Below, piece after piece: positions 44,624-57,895 of a stretch of DNA of 64,000 nucleotides. Positions within the stretch are counted from its first letter, which is position 1; every line of letters starts with the position of its first letter. Position numbers and translations under genes: made by a program. The stretch spans positions 4,847 to 68,846 of the forward strand of contig DATGQY010000150.1 in assembly GCA_035303925.1 (NCBI GenBank). The letters are read 5' to 3'. The stretch is from Marinobacter sp. GTDB lineage: Bacteria; Pseudomonadota; Gammaproteobacteria; Pseudomonadales; Oleiphilaceae. The notes beneath the pieces are model-generated. The model saw nothing but the letters and a program-made list of their open reading frames with translations, was not told the origin of the DNA and made no database searches.

Positions 44624-45898
44624 TTATTTGGTGGGGTAGTCGCGCTTTGGTGAGCCGGTGTATAGCTGACGCGGACGACCGATGCGGTTGTTGCCGCTGA
44701 CCATCTCGTTCCAGTGTGAGAACCAGCCGATGGTCCGTGACATGGCAAAAATAACGGTGAACATGGAGGTCGGGATGCCGATGGCTTTCAGGATGATGCC
44801 GGAGTAGAAGTCGACGTTCGGGTACAGCTGGCGCTGCACGAAGTACTCGTCTTCCAGGGCGATCTTCTCGAGGCGCTGGGCAATTTTCAGCAGCGGGTCG
44901 TTTTCCAGGCCCAGCTCCTTAAGTACCTGGTGAGCAGTTTCGCTCATTACCTTGGCGCGTGGGTCAAAGTTTTTATAAACCCGGTGACCAAAGCCCATCA
45001 AACGGAAGGGGTCGTCTTTGTCTTTGGCTTTGGCGATGAAGGTCTCGATGTTGGACTCGTCACCGATTTCTGCCAGCATGTCCAGGACTGCTTCGTTCGC
45101 GCCGCCGTGGGCCGGGCCCCAAAGAGCCGCGATGCCAGACGCGATACAGGCGTAGGGGTTCGCACCGGTAGAACCTGCGAGCCTGACAGTAGAAGTCGAT
45201 GCGTTCTGCTCGTGATCAGCGTGCAGAATAAAAATCTTGTCCATGGCGTTCGCCAGGACCGGGTTCGGTTTGTACTCTTCACACGGCGTGCCGAACATCA
45301 TATGCAGGAAGTTCTCCGCATACGACAGGTCATTCCGGGGATACATGAAAGGCTGGCCCATGGAGTACTTGTAGCACCAGGCAGCAATGGTCGGCATCTT
45401 GGCGATCAGACGGTGGCCAGTGATCTCGCGCTGCTTGGGATCAGAAACGTCCATCTGGTCGTGATAGAACGCTGACAGCGCTCCCACAACACCACACATG
45501 ATGGCCATCGGGTGCGCGTCACGGCGGAAGCCATTGAAGAAGTTGCGCATCTGGTCATGCAGCATGGTGTGATTTTTGATGGTTTCGTGGAAACCCTTGT
45601 TTTCTTCCTCGCTTGGCAATTCGCCGTGGAGCAGGAGGTAGCATACTTCGAGGAAATCGGAATGTTCGGCGAGTTGATCGATCGGGTAGCCCCGGTGCAG
45701 CAGTACGCCGTTGGCGCCATCAATGTAGGTAATGGCGGACTCGCAGGCTGCCGTGGAGACAAAGCCTGGATCGTATGTGAAAACGCCTTCCTGGACTAGG
45801 CCGCGTACGTCGATAACGTCAGGGCCGACGGTGCCGGAATAAACCGGAAGCTCAATGGACTTGTCTCCCACCGAGAGCGTGGCTTTCCTGTCGGTCAT
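44624..45898 (-). CDS. gltA: Citrate synthase (type II)
   Basis: [42 protein letters not shown]. Confidence 0.98.
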   Translation of the reverse strand: MTDRKATLSVGDKSIELPVYSGTVGPDVIDVRGLVQEGVFTYDPGFVSTAACESAITYIDGANGVLLHRGYPIDQLAEHSDFLEVCYLLLHGELPSEEENKGFHETIKNHTMLHDQMRNFFNGFRRDAHPMAIMCGVVGALSAFYHDQMDVSDPKQREITGHRLIAKMPTIAAWCYKYSMGQPFMYPRNDLSYAENFLHMMFGTPCEEYKPNPVLANAMDKIFILHADHEQNASTSTVRLAGSTGANPYACIASGIAALWGPAHGGANEAVLDMLAEIGDESNIETFIAKAKDKDDPFRLMGFGHRVYKNFDPRAKVMSETAHQVLKELGLENDPLLKIAQRLEKIALEDEYFVQRQLYPNVDFYSGIILKAIGIPTSMFTVIFAMSRTIGWFSHWNEMVSGNNRIGRPRQLYTGSPKRDYPTK

Positions 45899-45984
45899 GG
45901 TGCTCTCCTGTTGATTTAGCTTTTACAGCTCTTTGCATTTATAGATGCGCGAGAAGGCGCGTATTATCGCAAAACTGGCGGCAA

Positions 45985-46012
45985 AATATAGGGTGTCAGC
46001 TTTTTTTGTCAA
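45985..46012 (-). promoter_or_regulatory. Sigma70 promoter of gltA
   Basis: TTGACA-16 bp-TATATT on the minus strand. Confidence 0.65.
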
Positions 46013-46163
46013 TGCATTGGGGGATAAAACCCCGAATTGGCCGGTACACGCTCAACTCGGAAGCTCCAAATATCGGTGGTTGACGGCGATAAATGCGTTT
46101 GTCAATAAGCCTAATAGAGGGGGCGGGTATGCGGCTGGCACGGCTTTCGGCGCTGTTGCAAGT

Positions 46164-46192
46164 TTGTAATTACCGGGGCGTCTCCTTATAAT
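46164..46192 (+). promoter_or_regulatory. Sigma70 promoter of sdhCDAB
   Basis: TTGTAA-17 bp-TATAAT. Confidence 0.7.
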
Positions 46193-46374
46193 CCGTAGCC
46201 CGGAATCGGGGATGCGCCAGCCTGCAGGCTTGAGTATAGCAAGCTATCGGGTTGTCATCCGCCCTCCTGAACCAATCGGTTATCGGTATCGTATCGATTC
46301 TCCGGTCCCAACATACTAACCATCCGCTGCCGGAATATCGGCTTCGCGGAACCAAGAGAGAGTGTGAGAGCGCT

Positions 46375-46752
46375 GTGAATAGCAAACGACCAGTAAATCT
46401 CGATCTCGGCAAGTTCCATTTCCCGCTGCCAGCCATTACATCGATCCTGCATCGCATCAGCGGCATCATCATCTTTGTGGGTGTTGCTTTTCTGATGTAC
46501 GGCCTGGATCTCTCCCTGTCCGGAGAAGATGGCTTCAACCGCGTAAATGAACTGCTGGACAGCTTCCTGGCAAAGCTGATTACCTGGGGCATCCTGTCTG
46601 CTCTGCTGTACCACCTCGTTGCGGGTATTAAACACCTGCTGATGGACGCGGGTGTCGGCGAAGAGCTTGAGAGTGGTCGCCTTGCCGCGAAAATCACGCT
46701 AGTGGTTTCCATTGTTCTCATTATTCTGGCAGGAGTCTGGGTATGGGCATGA
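46375..46752 (+). CDS. sdhC: Succinate dehydrogenase cytochrome b556 subunit
   Basis: KRPVNLDL, AITSILHRISG, YHLVAGIKHLLMD; GTG start. Confidence 0.95.
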   Translation: MNSKRPVNLDLGKFHFPLPAITSILHRISGIIIFVGVAFLMYGLDLSLSGEDGFNRVNELLDSFLAKLITWGILSALLYHLVAGIKHLLMDAGVGEELESGRLAAKITLVVSIVLIILAGVWVWA

Positions 46753-47090
46753 ACAGTGTAACGAATATCGGTCGTAACGGGATTCAGGACTGGATCATTC
46801 AGCGGGTCACTGCCTATGTTCTGGCTGCTTATACGTTGTTTCTCCTGGGTTTCTTTTTGACGACTGACGTTGATTACCAGTCCTGGACAGCACTTTTCGC
46901 TCAGGGATGGTTCAAGATCTTCAGCCTGCTGGCGTTGTTGTCTATCGCAGGGCATGCGTGGGTCGGCTTGTGGACCGTTTCGACAGACTACATCAAAGCA
47001 GCAATGCCACGTTTCCTGTTTCAGGCTGTCTGCATTCTCGTGATGTTTGTGTATGTAGTTTGGGGCATTCAGATTCTTTGGGGGCTTTAA
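46743..47090 (+). CDS. sdhD: Succinate dehydrogenase membrane anchor subunit
   Basis: GRNGIQDWIIQRVTA, HAWVGLWTVSTDY. Confidence 0.95.
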   Translation: MGMNSVTNIGRNGIQDWIIQRVTAYVLAAYTLFLLGFFLTTDVDYQSWTALFAQGWFKIFSLLALLSIAGHAWVGLWTVSTDYIKAAMPRFLFQAVCILVMFVYVVWGIQILWGL

Positions 47091-47093
47091 TCG

Positions 47094-48866
47094 ATGGCTA
47101 ACATCAAAACCATGTCTTACGACGCGATTGTAATCGGTGGCGGCGGCGCCGGTATGCGTGCCGCCCTGCAGCTGACAGAGTCTGGTCTCAACACCGCGTG
47201 TATCACCAAAGTATTTCCAACCCGTTCGCACACCGTATCCGCCCAGGGCGGTATTACCTGTGCGATCGCAAGTGCCGATCCCAATGACGACTGGCGCTGG
47301 CACATGTACGACACCGTCAAGGGCTCCGACTATATCGGTGATCAGGACGCTATCGAGTACATGTGTTCGGTCGGCCCGCAGGCTGTTTTTGAACTGGAGC
47401 ACATGGGGCTGCCGTTCTCCCGTACCGAGCAGGGTCGTATTTATCAGCGTCCGTTTGGTGGTCAGTCCAAGGGTCCTAACGATCCGACCCAGGCTGCGCG
47501 TACCTGCGCTGCTGCTGACCGTACCGGTCACGCACTGCTGCACACGCTCTACCAGGCCAACCTCAAGGGCGGCACCAGCTTCCTGAATGAGTGGTACGCT
47601 GTTGATCTGGTCAAGAACGCCAAAAACGAAGTGGTTGGTGTTGTCGCAATTGAAATCGAAACCGGTGAAGTTGCCTACATTAAAGCCAAGGCGACAGTGT
47701 TGGCGACCGGTGGTGCGGGCCGTATCTACGCGTCCACAACCAATGCCCTGATTAACACTGGTGACGGTATTGGCATGGCGCTGCGTGCCGGTTTCCCGGT
47801 TCAGGATATGGAAATGTGGCAGTTCCATCCGACTGGTATCTATGGTGCCGGTACTCTGGTAACAGAAGGTTGCCGGGGTGAGGGTGGTTACCTGATTAAC
47901 TCGGAAGGTGAGCGCTTTATGGAGCGGTACGCTCCGAACGCAAAAGACCTCGCCGGCCGTGATGTTGTAGCGCGCTCGATGGTTCTGGAGATTCTGGAAG
48001 GCCGTGGCTGCGGACCAGAGAAGGACCACGTTCTGCTGAAACTGGATCACCTGGGTGAAGAAACCCTGAACCTGCGTTTGCCAGGCATCTGTGAGCTGTC
48101 CCGTACCTTTGCTCATGTCGACCCGGTAAAAGAACCGGTTCCGGTTGTGCCTACCTGTCATTATATGATGGGCGGTATTCCGACGAACGTAGGTGGTCAG
48201 GCTCTGACTCAGGATGAAAACGGCAACGATCAGCCGATTCCGGGTCTGTTCGCTTGTGGTGAGGCTGCCTGTGTATCTGTACACGGCGCTAACCGTCTGG
48301 GCGGCAACTCGCTGCTGGATCTGGTGGTGTTCGGCCGGGCAGCGGGCCTGCATATTGAAGAGCAGATTCGTGGTGGCTTCGAAGTGGATGGCGCCAGCGA
48401 TGAGGATATCAAGCGAGCCATGGCGCGCCTTGATCGTCTTGATAGCACGTCTGAAGGCGAAGATGTCGCTAAGGTCCGTAAGGATCTGCAGAACTGCATG
48501 CAGCTTTACTTCGGTGTTTTCCGTGACGGCAAGAGCATGGAAGAAGGTCTGAAGAAGCTTGAAGCTATTGGCGAGCGCGTTCGCAAAACCAAGTTGGCCG
48601 ATACCAGCAAGGCTTTCAACACGGCTCGTATCGAAGCGCTTGAGCTCGACAACCTTTACGAAGTTGCGCTGGCTACAGCCATCTCTGCCAATGAGCGTAA
48701 AGAGAGTCGTGGTGCTCATGCCCGTAACGATTTCACCGAGCGCGATGACGAGAACTGGCTGAAGCACTCCATGTACTTCCCGCTCGAAAAGCGTGTTGGC
48801 AAGCGTGATGTGAACTTTGCGCCGAAGACTGTTCCGACCTTCGAGCCGAAAGTCCGGACCTACTAA
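47094..48866 (+). CDS. sdhA: Succinate dehydrogenase flavoprotein subunit
   Basis: [33 protein letters not shown]. Confidence 0.98.
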   Translation: MANIKTMSYDAIVIGGGGAGMRAALQLTESGLNTACITKVFPTRSHTVSAQGGITCAIASADPNDDWRWHMYDTVKGSDYIGDQDAIEYMCSVGPQAVFELEHMGLPFSRTEQGRIYQRPFGGQSKGPNDPTQAARTCAAADRTGHALLHTLYQANLKGGTSFLNEWYAVDLVKNAKNEVVGVVAIEIETGEVAYIKAKATVLATGGAGRIYASTTNALINTGDGIGMALRAGFPVQDMEMWQFHPTGIYGAGTLVTEGCRGEGGYLINSEGERFMERYAPNAKDLAGRDVVARSMVLEILEGRGCGPEKDHVLLKLDHLGEETLNLRLPGICELSRTFAHVDPVKEPVPVVPTCHYMMGGIPTNVGGQALTQDENGNDQPIPGLFACGEAACVSVHGANRLGGNSLLDLVVFGRAAGLHIEEQIRGGFEVDGASDEDIKRAMARLDRLDSTSEGEDVAKVRKDLQNCMQLYFGVFRDGKSMEEGLKKLEAIGERVRKTKLADTSKAFNTARIEALELDNLYEVALATAISANERKESRGAHARNDFTERDDENWLKHSMYFPLEKRVGKRDVNFAPKTVPTFEPKVRTY

Positions 48867-48881
48867 GGGGAGATCCTGAAT

Positions 48882-49586
48882 ATGTTGGTAAGTCTGTATC
48901 GCTACAATCCAGAATCCGATAATGCCCCTTACATGCAGGATGTAGAGGTCGAGATCCCGGAAGGCAAGGATCTTATGGTTCTGGACGTGTTGAATCTTGT
49001 GAAGGAAAAAGATCCTTCCATGAGCTACCGTCGTTCCTGCCGTGAAGGTGTTTGCGGTTCCGACGGTATGAACATGAACGGCAAGAACGGTCTGGCTTGT
49101 ATCACACCGGTTTCCGATGTGGTCAAGAACAACAAGCTCGTGCTTCGTCCGCTGCCAGGGCTTCCGGTTATCCGTGACCTTGTGGTGGATATGGGTCTTT
49201 TCTACAAGCAGTACGAAAAGGTCATGCCCTATCTGGTAAATGATAAGCCAGCGCCCGCCATTGAGCGCCTTCAGACTCCGGAAGAGCGCGAAAAGCTGGA
49301 CGGCCTGTATGAGTGTATTCTCTGCGCGTGCTGTTCTACAGCGTGCCCGTCCTTCTGGTGGAACCCGGACAAGTTCATTGGGCCGTCCGGCCTGCTGCAA
49401 GCCTACCGGTTCCTCGCTGACAGTCGTGATACGGCTCAGGCCGAGCGCCTTGAGAACCTGGATGACCCGTTCAGTGTTTTCCGCTGCCGGGGCATCATGA
49501 ACTGTGTCAGTGTGTGTCCGAAGGGGCTGAACCCCACCAAGGCCATTGGCCATATTCGGAACCTTTTGCTGCAAAGGGCGACCTGA
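48882..49586 (+). CDS. sdhB: Succinate dehydrogenase iron-sulfur subunit
   Basis: SCREGVCGSD, CILCACCSTACP, CRGIMNCVSVCP. Confidence 0.98.
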   Translation: MLVSLYRYNPESDNAPYMQDVEVEIPEGKDLMVLDVLNLVKEKDPSMSYRRSCREGVCGSDGMNMNGKNGLACITPVSDVVKNNKLVLRPLPGLPVIRDLVVDMGLFYKQYEKVMPYLVNDKPAPAIERLQTPEEREKLDGLYECILCACCSTACPSFWWNPDKFIGPSGLLQAYRFLADSRDTAQAERLENLDDPFSVFRCRGIMNCVSVCPKGLNPTKAIGHIRNLLLQRAT

Positions 49587-49642
49587 CCGGCAAAATGTGA
49601 AGAACAGGCTATACTGGTGTTTTAGTGCCAGTTAGCATCCCA

Positions 49643-49668
49643 GAAGGCCTCGCTTATGCGGGGCCTTC
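49643..49668 (+). terminator. Hairpin after sdhB
   Basis: GAAGGCCTCGC-TTAT-GCGGGGCCTTC without a U tail. Confidence 0.5.
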
Positions 49669-49902
49669 AACCAAAGGCTTATAGGCAAAAGTCTTACCGG
49701 GGTGCAAACTTACGTTTGTTGCCTGATTGCCTTATCCAGGAATCCGGGCAGCGTCGCTGAGTATAAAAATCACTGGGGACGGAAAACATCCTTGCAGGGT
49801 GTGGTGGCCGAAAGTCATGCCGTAATATCCCGTATTGACTGAGATTTACCCCTGGCCGACCATACTCGCTCCCCCGCACCAGCCCAAGGTGAGCTATTCA
49901 AA

Positions 49903-52740
49903 ATGCACGAAAGCATCATGGAGCAGTTATGGCAGACTTCCCACTTGCAGGGTGGAAATCTGGCCTATGTTGAACAGCTTTTTGAAACCTACCTGACAGA
50001 CCCCAACGCAATTCCTGAAGAGTGGCGGAGCTACTTTGACAAGCTCCCCAGTGTTGATGGCCATCACGGCCGCGACGTTGTTCACTCGACCATCCGCGAA
50101 CAGTTCGAACACATTTCCCGCAATCAGCGCTTTCTGGCAAATGGCGGCGTGCCAGCCAGTGCCACGTCGGACGCTGACAAAAAGCAGATTCGTGTTCTCC
50201 AGCTGATTAACGCCTACCGTTTTCGCGGACACCAGGAATCGACGCTCGACCCGCTTGGCGTCTGGCAGCGTGAGCCTGTTGAAGATCTTGACCCATCGTT
50301 TCACGAGTTGGGCGAATCCGATCTTGATCTGGAATTCCAGACCGGTTCCCTGAGTTTCGGCTCCGAGACGATGAAGCTGAGAGACATCGTTCAGGGCTTG
50401 CGCCAGACCTATTGCAAGAGCATTGGCGCAGAATATATGCATGTGGTTGATACCCGCATCAAGCGTTGGTTTCAGCAGCGCATGGAGCCGGTTCGTTCCC
50501 GTCCTGAGTATGAGGTGGAAACCCGCAAACATCTGCTTGAACGTCTGACTGCAGCGGAAGGCCTTGAGAAGTATCTCGGTTCCCGCTATCCGGGCGTCAA
50601 ACGCTTCGGTCTGGAAGGTGGCGAAAGCCTGATTCCTTGTCTGGATGAATTGATCCAGCGTGCAGGCTCCTATGGTGCGAAAGAAATCGTTCTGGGCATG
50701 GCACACCGTGGCCGTTTGAACGTTTTGATTAACACGCTCGGTAAAAACCCGAAAGAACTGTTTGATGAGTTTGAGGGTAAAAAGCTTGCGGACTCCGGCT
50801 CAGGTGACGTCAAGTATCACCAGGGTTTCTCGTCCAACGTGATGACTCCTGGCGGTGAAGTTCACCTGGCCATGGCGTTTAACCCGTCTCATCTTGAGAT
50901 CGTTTCTCCGGTGGTTGTTGGCTCTGTGCGTGCCCGCCAGGATCGTCGTGGTGATACCGATGGCAGCAAGGTGGTGCCAATCGTGATGCACGGTGACGCG
51001 GCGTTTGCCGGCCAGGGTGTGGTCATGGAAACCTTCCAGATGTCCCAGACCCGGGGCTTCGGCGTTGGCGGTACGATTCACATTGTGATCAATAACCAGG
51101 TTGGCTTCACGACCAGCAAGCAGGAAGACGCTCGCTCCACGGAATACTGTACCGATGTTGCCAAAATGGTCCAGGCTCCGATTCTGCATGTGAATGCAGA
51201 CGATCCGGAAGCCGTCATGTTCGTGACTCAGATGGCCATGGATTACCGTAACGAGTTCAAGCGGGACGTGGTTATCGACCTGGTTTGTTACCGTCGTCGC
51301 GGCCACAACGAGGCCGACGAGCCGGCAGCAACCCAGCCGCTGATGTACGAGAAGATTCGTAAGCTGAACACCACTCGTGGCATTTACGCTGAGCAGTTAG
51401 TCGCAGCTGGCGTGATCAGTGAAGACGAAGCCAAGCAGATGGAAACAGACTACCGTGACGCCCTGGATAAAGGTGAGCACGTGGTCAAGTCTCTGGTTAA
51501 AGAGCCGAACAAAGAGCTTTACGTTGACTGGGCTCCGTATCTGGGCCACGAATGGACGGCCAAGTGCAAGACCAGCGTAGCGCCCAAAACGGTTCAGAAG
51601 CTGGGCAAGAAGCTGACTCAGGTGCCGGAAGGCTTCAGTGTGCAGCGTCAGGTTTCCAAGATTGTGAATGATCGGGAAAAGATGACCGCCGGCGCATTGC
51701 CATTGAACTGGGGCTACGGTGAGATGATGGCGTATGCCACGCTTCTCAACGAAGGCCACCCAATTCGGTTGACCGGTCAGGATGTTGGACGGGGCACCTT
51801 CTCTCACCGCCATGCCGTGTTGCATAACCAGAAAGACGGGGCAACGCACGTCTCCCTTCAGGAGCTGTCGGAAGATCAGCCGAAGTTCAACATCTATGAC
51901 TCGTTTCTCTCTGAAGAAGCGGTTATGGCATTTGAGTACGGTTATTCAACCACCAAACCGGATGCCCTGATTGTGTGGGAAGCGCAGTTTGGTGATTTTG
52001 CCAACGGCGCCCAAGTGGTTATTGATCAGTTCCTGACCAGCGGTGAGCACAAGTGGGGTCGTCTATGCGGCTTGACTCTGTTGTTGCCCCACGGCTATGA
52101 AGGGCAGGGGCCTGAGCACAGCTCGGCGCGCCTGGAACGATTCCTGCAGTTGTGTGCGGAGCACAACATCCAGGTTTGCGTACCGACAACGCCATCTCAG
52201 GTCTTCCATATGCTGCGTCGCCAGGTGAAACGCCCGCTGCGCAAGCCGCTGGTGGCGATTACACCGAAGAGTCTGCTGCGCCATAAAGAGGCAATCTCCA
52301 GCCTGGATGACCTGACTTCGGGCACGTTCCAGACTGTTCTGCCGGAGAAAGAGCCTTCTGATCCAAAGAAGATTACCCGCGTCATCATGTGCAGCGGCAA
52401 GGTCTACTATGATCTTTTGGAGAAGAAAAAGGCGGATGAGCGCGACGATGTGGCCATTGTGCGCATTGAGCAGCTCTATCCGTTCCCGGGCGACGATCTG
52501 GATGAAATCCTGGGCCAGTACCCCAAGCTGAAAAATGCGGTCTGGTGTCAGGAAGAGCCGATGAACCAGGGCGCCTGGTATTGCAGTCAGCACCATATGC
52601 GTAATGCGCTGCAACGCCTGAGCCCGAAACTCTATCTTCAGTATGCCGGTCGTGAGGCTTCTGCCGCTCCAGCGTGTGGGCACATGTCTGTGCACATCGA
52701 AGAGCAAAAGAAGCTGGTTAACGACGCGTTCGAAATCTGA
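49903..52740 (+). CDS. sucA: 2-oxoglutarate dehydrogenase E1
   Basis: GMAHRGRLN, GDVKYH, HGDAAFAGQG, WEAQFGDF, PEHSSAR. Confidence 0.98.
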   Translation: MHESIMEQLWQTSHLQGGNLAYVEQLFETYLTDPNAIPEEWRSYFDKLPSVDGHHGRDVVHSTIREQFEHISRNQRFLANGGVPASATSDADKKQIRVLQLINAYRFRGHQESTLDPLGVWQREPVEDLDPSFHELGESDLDLEFQTGSLSFGSETMKLRDIVQGLRQTYCKSIGAEYMHVVDTRIKRWFQQRMEPVRSRPEYEVETRKHLLERLTAAEGLEKYLGSRYPGVKRFGLEGGESLIPCLDELIQRAGSYGAKEIVLGMAHRGRLNVLINTLGKNPKELFDEFEGKKLADSGSGDVKYHQGFSSNVMTPGGEVHLAMAFNPSHLEIVSPVVVGSVRARQDRRGDTDGSKVVPIVMHGDAAFAGQGVVMETFQMSQTRGFGVGGTIHIVINNQVGFTTSKQEDARSTEYCTDVAKMVQAPILHVNADDPEAVMFVTQMAMDYRNEFKRDVVIDLVCYRRRGHNEADEPAATQPLMYEKIRKLNTTRGIYAEQLVAAGVISEDEAKQMETDYRDALDKGEHVVKSLVKEPNKELYVDWAPYLGHEWTAKCKTSVAPKTVQKLGKKLTQVPEGFSVQRQVSKIVNDREKMTAGALPLNWGYGEMMAYATLLNEGHPIRLTGQDVGRGTFSHRHAVLHNQKDGATHVSLQELSEDQPKFNIYDSFLSEEAVMAFEYGYSTTKPDALIVWEAQFGDFANGAQVVIDQFLTSGEHKWGRLCGLTLLLPHGYEGQGPEHSSARLERFLQLCAEHNIQVCVPTTPSQVFHMLRRQVKRPLRKPLVAITPKSLLRHKEAISSLDDLTSGTFQTVLPEKEPSDPKKITRVIMCSGKVYYDLLEKKKADERDDVAIVRIEQLYPFPGDDLDEILGQYPKLKNAVWCQEEPMNQGAWYCSQHHMRNALQRLSPKLYLQYAGREASAAPACGHMSVHIEEQKKLVNDAFEI

Positions 52741-52765
52741 CGAGCTACCGAACTAAGGATCCGTA

Positions 52766-53986
52766 ATGTCAACAGAGATTAAAGCCCCCGTTTTCCCTGA
52801 GTCGGTTGCCGAAGGCACCGTTGCGACCTGGCACAAGCAGCCTGGCGAAGCCTGTTCCCGTGACGAGCTGATTGTCGATATCGAAACCGACAAGGTTGTG
52901 CTTGAAGTGGTTGCACCGGCTGACGGCGTGATTGAAGAGATTTTGAAAGGCGAAGGTGACACCTGCGAAAGTGGCGAAGTCATCGGCCGCTTTAAAGAAG
53001 GTGCTGCGGGCGAAGCGAAGCCAGCCGAAAGCAAGGCGGAAGCCAAGGATGACGCACCAAAAGCCGAAGCAGCCTCTGAAGCCGCTTCCGGCGATGCGAT
53101 TCTGAGCCCGGCCGCACGCAAGCTGGCAGAGGAAAACAGCATTGATCCGAGCGCTGTCAAGGGCACCGGCAAAGACGGTCGTGTGACGAAAGAAGACGTG
53201 CAGAACCACGTGGCGAGCAACAAGTCTGGCGCTCCAGCAGCTGCCAAGCCTGCCGCCATGCCGGAACTGAACGTTGCCCAGGGTGAACGCGCCGAGAAAC
53301 GTGTTCCGATGACTCGCCTGCGGGCAAGCATTGCTAAGCGTCTGGTTGATGCACAGCAAACGGCTGCGATGCTGACCACCTTCAACGAAGTCAACATGGC
53401 GCCCATTATGGAGCTGCGCAAGCAGTACCAGGAGAGCTTTGTTAAACGCCACGGCATCAAGCTGGGCTTTATGTCGTTTTTTACCAAGGCTGCGACTGAA
53501 GCCTTGAAGCGTTTCCCGGCGGTTAACGCGTCTATTGACGGTAACGACATGGTCTATCACGGTTATCAGGACATCGGCGTTGCCGTTTCCACTGACCGTG
53601 GTCTGGTTGTGCCGGTCGTTCGTGACGTTGACGCTTTGGGTCTCGCCGATATCGAGAAGAAGATCGTTGAATACGGCACCAAGGCGAAGGACGGCAAGTT
53701 GGGCATCGATGACATGACCGGTGGTACGTTCACCATCACCAACGGTGGCATCTTCGGTTCACTGATCTCTACGCCGATCCTGAATCCGCCGCAGACCGCT
53801 ATTCTGGGGATGCACAAGATCCAGGAGCGCCCAATGGCGGTGAATGGCAAGGTTGAAATTCTGCCTATGATGTACCTTGCGCTGTCTTACGATCACCGCA
53901 TGATCGATGGCAAAGAAGCTGTGCAGTTCCTGGTGGCCATCAAGGAAATGCTTGAAGACCCGGCTCGCATTCTGCTGGACGTGTAA
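52766..53986 (+). CDS. sucB: Dihydrolipoamide succinyltransferase E2
   Basis: Lipoyl motif IETDKV, E3-binding [16 protein letters not shown]. Confidence 0.98.
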   Translation: MSTEIKAPVFPESVAEGTVATWHKQPGEACSRDELIVDIETDKVVLEVVAPADGVIEEILKGEGDTCESGEVIGRFKEGAAGEAKPAESKAEAKDDAPKAEAASEAASGDAILSPAARKLAEENSIDPSAVKGTGKDGRVTKEDVQNHVASNKSGAPAAAKPAAMPELNVAQGERAEKRVPMTRLRASIAKRLVDAQQTAAMLTTFNEVNMAPIMELRKQYQESFVKRHGIKLGFMSFFTKAATEALKRFPAVNASIDGNDMVYHGYQDIGVAVSTDRGLVVPVVRDVDALGLADIEKKIVEYGTKAKDGKLGIDDMTGGTFTITNGGIFGSLISTPILNPPQTAILGMHKIQERPMAVNGKVEILPMMYLALSYDHRMIDGKEAVQFLVAIKEMLEDPARILLDV

Positions 53987-53991
53987 GCTGA

Positions 53992-55464
<1,473 letters not shown>

Positions 55465-55660
55465 CGCATTACCGGAATACGGGGCGCCATTACAGGCGCC
55501 CCGCTGCCATCATAACGGCAGGTTTCTGTATGCGTAACCGGTGGGCGAAGGCGATCCCTTGCCCGCCAGAACGAATTCGCAATCGGTACACCAGGGTTGG
55601 TATGCCGGCGGGTTCTTTTCCGTACGTGGTTATCCTCCATCAAATGACGGGACACTAACT

Positions 55661-56827
55661 ATGAATTTGCATGAATATCAGGGCAAGCAGCTGTTTGCTG
55701 AATATGGCCTGCCAGTATCCCAGGGCATCGCTTGCGATACGCCTCAAGAAGCTGTTGACGCTGCCTCTGAAATTGGCGGTGACGCATGGGTTGTCAAGGC
55801 ACAGGTTCACGCCGGTGGCCGCGGTAAGGCCGGCGGTGTCAAGCTGGTTAAAGACAAAGAAGAAATCCGTGCGTTCGCTCAGAAGTGGCTGGGCCAGAAT
55901 CTGGTGACATACCAGACTGACGAGAACGGCCAGCCGGTCAGCAAAATCCTGGTTGAATCCCTGACTGATATCGACCAGGAACTTTACCTGGGCGCGGTCG
56001 TGGACCGTGGCACCCGTCGCATCGTTTTCATGGCTTCTACCGAAGGCGGCGTTGAGATCGAGAAGGTTGCTGAAGAAACTCCAGAAAAGATCCTGAAAGC
56101 GGAAATCGATCCGCTGGTAGGCGCTCAGCCGTACCAGGGCCGCGAGCTGGCTTTTAAACTGGGCCTGGAAGGCAAGCAGATCGGCCAGTTCACCAAGATC
56201 TTCATGGGCCTTGCCAAACTGTTCGAAGAGTGCGATCTGGCCCTGGTTGAGATCAACCCGCTGGTGATTACCCCGGCCGGTGATCTGCACTGCCTGGACG
56301 CCAAGATTGGCGTAGACGGCAACGCTCTTTACCGCCAGAAGAAAATCCACGAAATGCGTGATCCTTCCCAGGAAGACGCCCGTGAAGCGGAAGCGGCCAA
56401 GTGGGAACTGAACTACGTTGCCCTGGAAGGCAACATTGGTTGTATGGTTAACGGCGCTGGTCTGGCCATGGGTACCATGGACATCATCAAGCTCGCCGGC
56501 GGCCAGCCAGCCAACTTCCTGGACGTAGGTGGCGGTGCGACCAAAGAGCGCGTTACCGAAGCGTTCAAGATCATCCTGTCTGACGACGCAGTACAAGCCG
56601 TTCTGGTTAACATTTTCGGTGGTATTGTCCGCTGCGATATGATCGCTGAAGGCATCATCGGTGCCGTTAAAGAAGTGGGCGTTAAGGTACCGGTTGTGGT
56701 TCGTCTGGAAGGCAACAATGCTGACCTGGGTGCCAAGGTTCTGGCCGAAAGCGGCCTGAATATCATCGCCGCCACCAGCCTGGCGGATGCCGCAGAGCAA
56801 GTCGTTAAAGCCGCAGGGGGTAAATAA
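55661..56827 (+). CDS. sucC: Succinyl-CoA synthetase beta subunit
   Basis: [40 protein letters not shown]. Confidence 0.98.
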   Translation: MNLHEYQGKQLFAEYGLPVSQGIACDTPQEAVDAASEIGGDAWVVKAQVHAGGRGKAGGVKLVKDKEEIRAFAQKWLGQNLVTYQTDENGQPVSKILVESLTDIDQELYLGAVVDRGTRRIVFMASTEGGVEIEKVAEETPEKILKAEIDPLVGAQPYQGRELAFKLGLEGKQIGQFTKIFMGLAKLFEECDLALVEINPLVITPAGDLHCLDAKIGVDGNALYRQKKIHEMRDPSQEDAREAEAAKWELNYVALEGNIGCMVNGAGLAMGTMDIIKLAGGQPANFLDVGGGATKERVTEAFKIILSDDAVQAVLVNIFGGIVRCDMIAEGIIGAVKEVGVKVPVVVRLEGNNADLGAKVLAESGLNIIAATSLADAAEQVVKAAGGK

Positions 56828-57699
56828 TGAGCATCCTGATCAATAAAGACACCAAGGTTATCTGCCAGGGCTTTACCGGCGCACAGGGTACTTTCCACTC
56901 TGAGCAGGCGATTGAGTACGGCACCAAAATGGTGGGTGGCGTCAGCCCCGGAAAAGGCGGTACCAAGCATCTGGGCCTGCCGGTGTTCAACACCGTGCGT
57001 GAGGCAGTAGAGCAGACCGGTGCAGAAGCGACCGTCATCTACGTGCCGGCACCGTTCTGCAAAGATGCCATCATTGAAGCCGCAGATGCAGGCATTCAAT
57101 TGATCGTGTGCATCACTGAAGGCATTCCGACCATCGACATGCTGTATGCGAAAGAATACGTTGATCGCAAAGGCGTACGTATGATCGGCCCTAACTGCCC
57201 GGGTGTGATCACTCCAGGCGAATGCAAAATCGGTATCATGCCGGGCCATATCCATAAGCCGGGTAAAGTCGGTATCGTTTCCCGTTCAGGTACGTTGACC
57301 TACGAAGCGGTCAAGCAGACCACGGACTTCGGTTACGGTCAGTCTACCTGTGTTGGTATCGGTGGTGATCCGATTCCGGGCTCCAACTTCATCGATATCC
57401 TGAAGCTTCTGCAGGAAGATCCGCAGACTGAGGCCATCGTGATGATCGGTGAGATCGGCGGCACCGCGGAAGAAGAAGCGGCTGCGTTCATCAAAGAGAA
57501 CGTAACCAAGCCAGTGGTTTCCTACATTGCCGGTGTTACTGCACCTCCAGGCAAGCGTATGGGCCATGCCGGCGCCATCATTTCGGGTGGTAAAGGTACG
57601 GCAGACGAGAAGTTTGCCGCTCTGAACGACGCTGGTGTCAAAACCGTGCGTAGCCTGGCCGACATCGGTAAGGCTCTGAAGGAAGTGACTGGCTGGTAA
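56827..57699 (+). CDS. sucD: Succinyl-CoA synthetase alpha subunit
   Basis: [28 protein letters not shown]. Confidence 0.98.
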   Translation: MSILINKDTKVICQGFTGAQGTFHSEQAIEYGTKMVGGVSPGKGGTKHLGLPVFNTVREAVEQTGAEATVIYVPAPFCKDAIIEAADAGIQLIVCITEGIPTIDMLYAKEYVDRKGVRMIGPNCPGVITPGECKIGIMPGHIHKPGKVGIVSRSGTLTYEAVKQTTDFGYGQSTCVGIGGDPIPGSNFIDILKLLQEDPQTEAIVMIGEIGGTAEEEAAAFIKENVTKPVVSYIAGVTAPPGKRMGHAGAIISGGKGTADEKFAALNDAGVKTVRSLADIGKALKEVTGW

Positions 57700-57720
57700 G
57701 CCCGCTCACAATCTTCACCA

Positions 57721-57754
57721 AAGCCCCCGGATTCGAGAGAATTCCGGGGGTTTT
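57721..57754 (+). terminator. Intrinsic terminator after sucD
   Basis: CCCCCGGA...TCCGGGGG followed by TTTT. Confidence 0.8.
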
Positions 57755-57895
57755 GCGTTATGGGAGCACGGTTTTATCCGAGTGCGCTTAACGCAGGCGG
57801 GTGTTACGACTATAATGCCCGGTCAGCCTGATTCCAGAGGCCGTATTATTGCGGTGGAATCAGGCGCCTTTCAAACAGCAGAAGGAGTTCGTGCT

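Noticed and set aside
46080-46105. TTGAC-N16-GTCAA inverted repeat between gltA and sdhC
   Set aside because: Short arms with a long spacer. It could be overlapping -35 elements and cannot be assigned to a regulator from sequence alone.
46170-49574. 1134-aa antisense ORF across sdhCDAB
   Set aside because: It is in codon register with sdhD, sdhA and sdhB, which share a frame. These genes avoid TTA, CTA and TCA codons, so the opposite strand lacks stops. No recognisable motifs.
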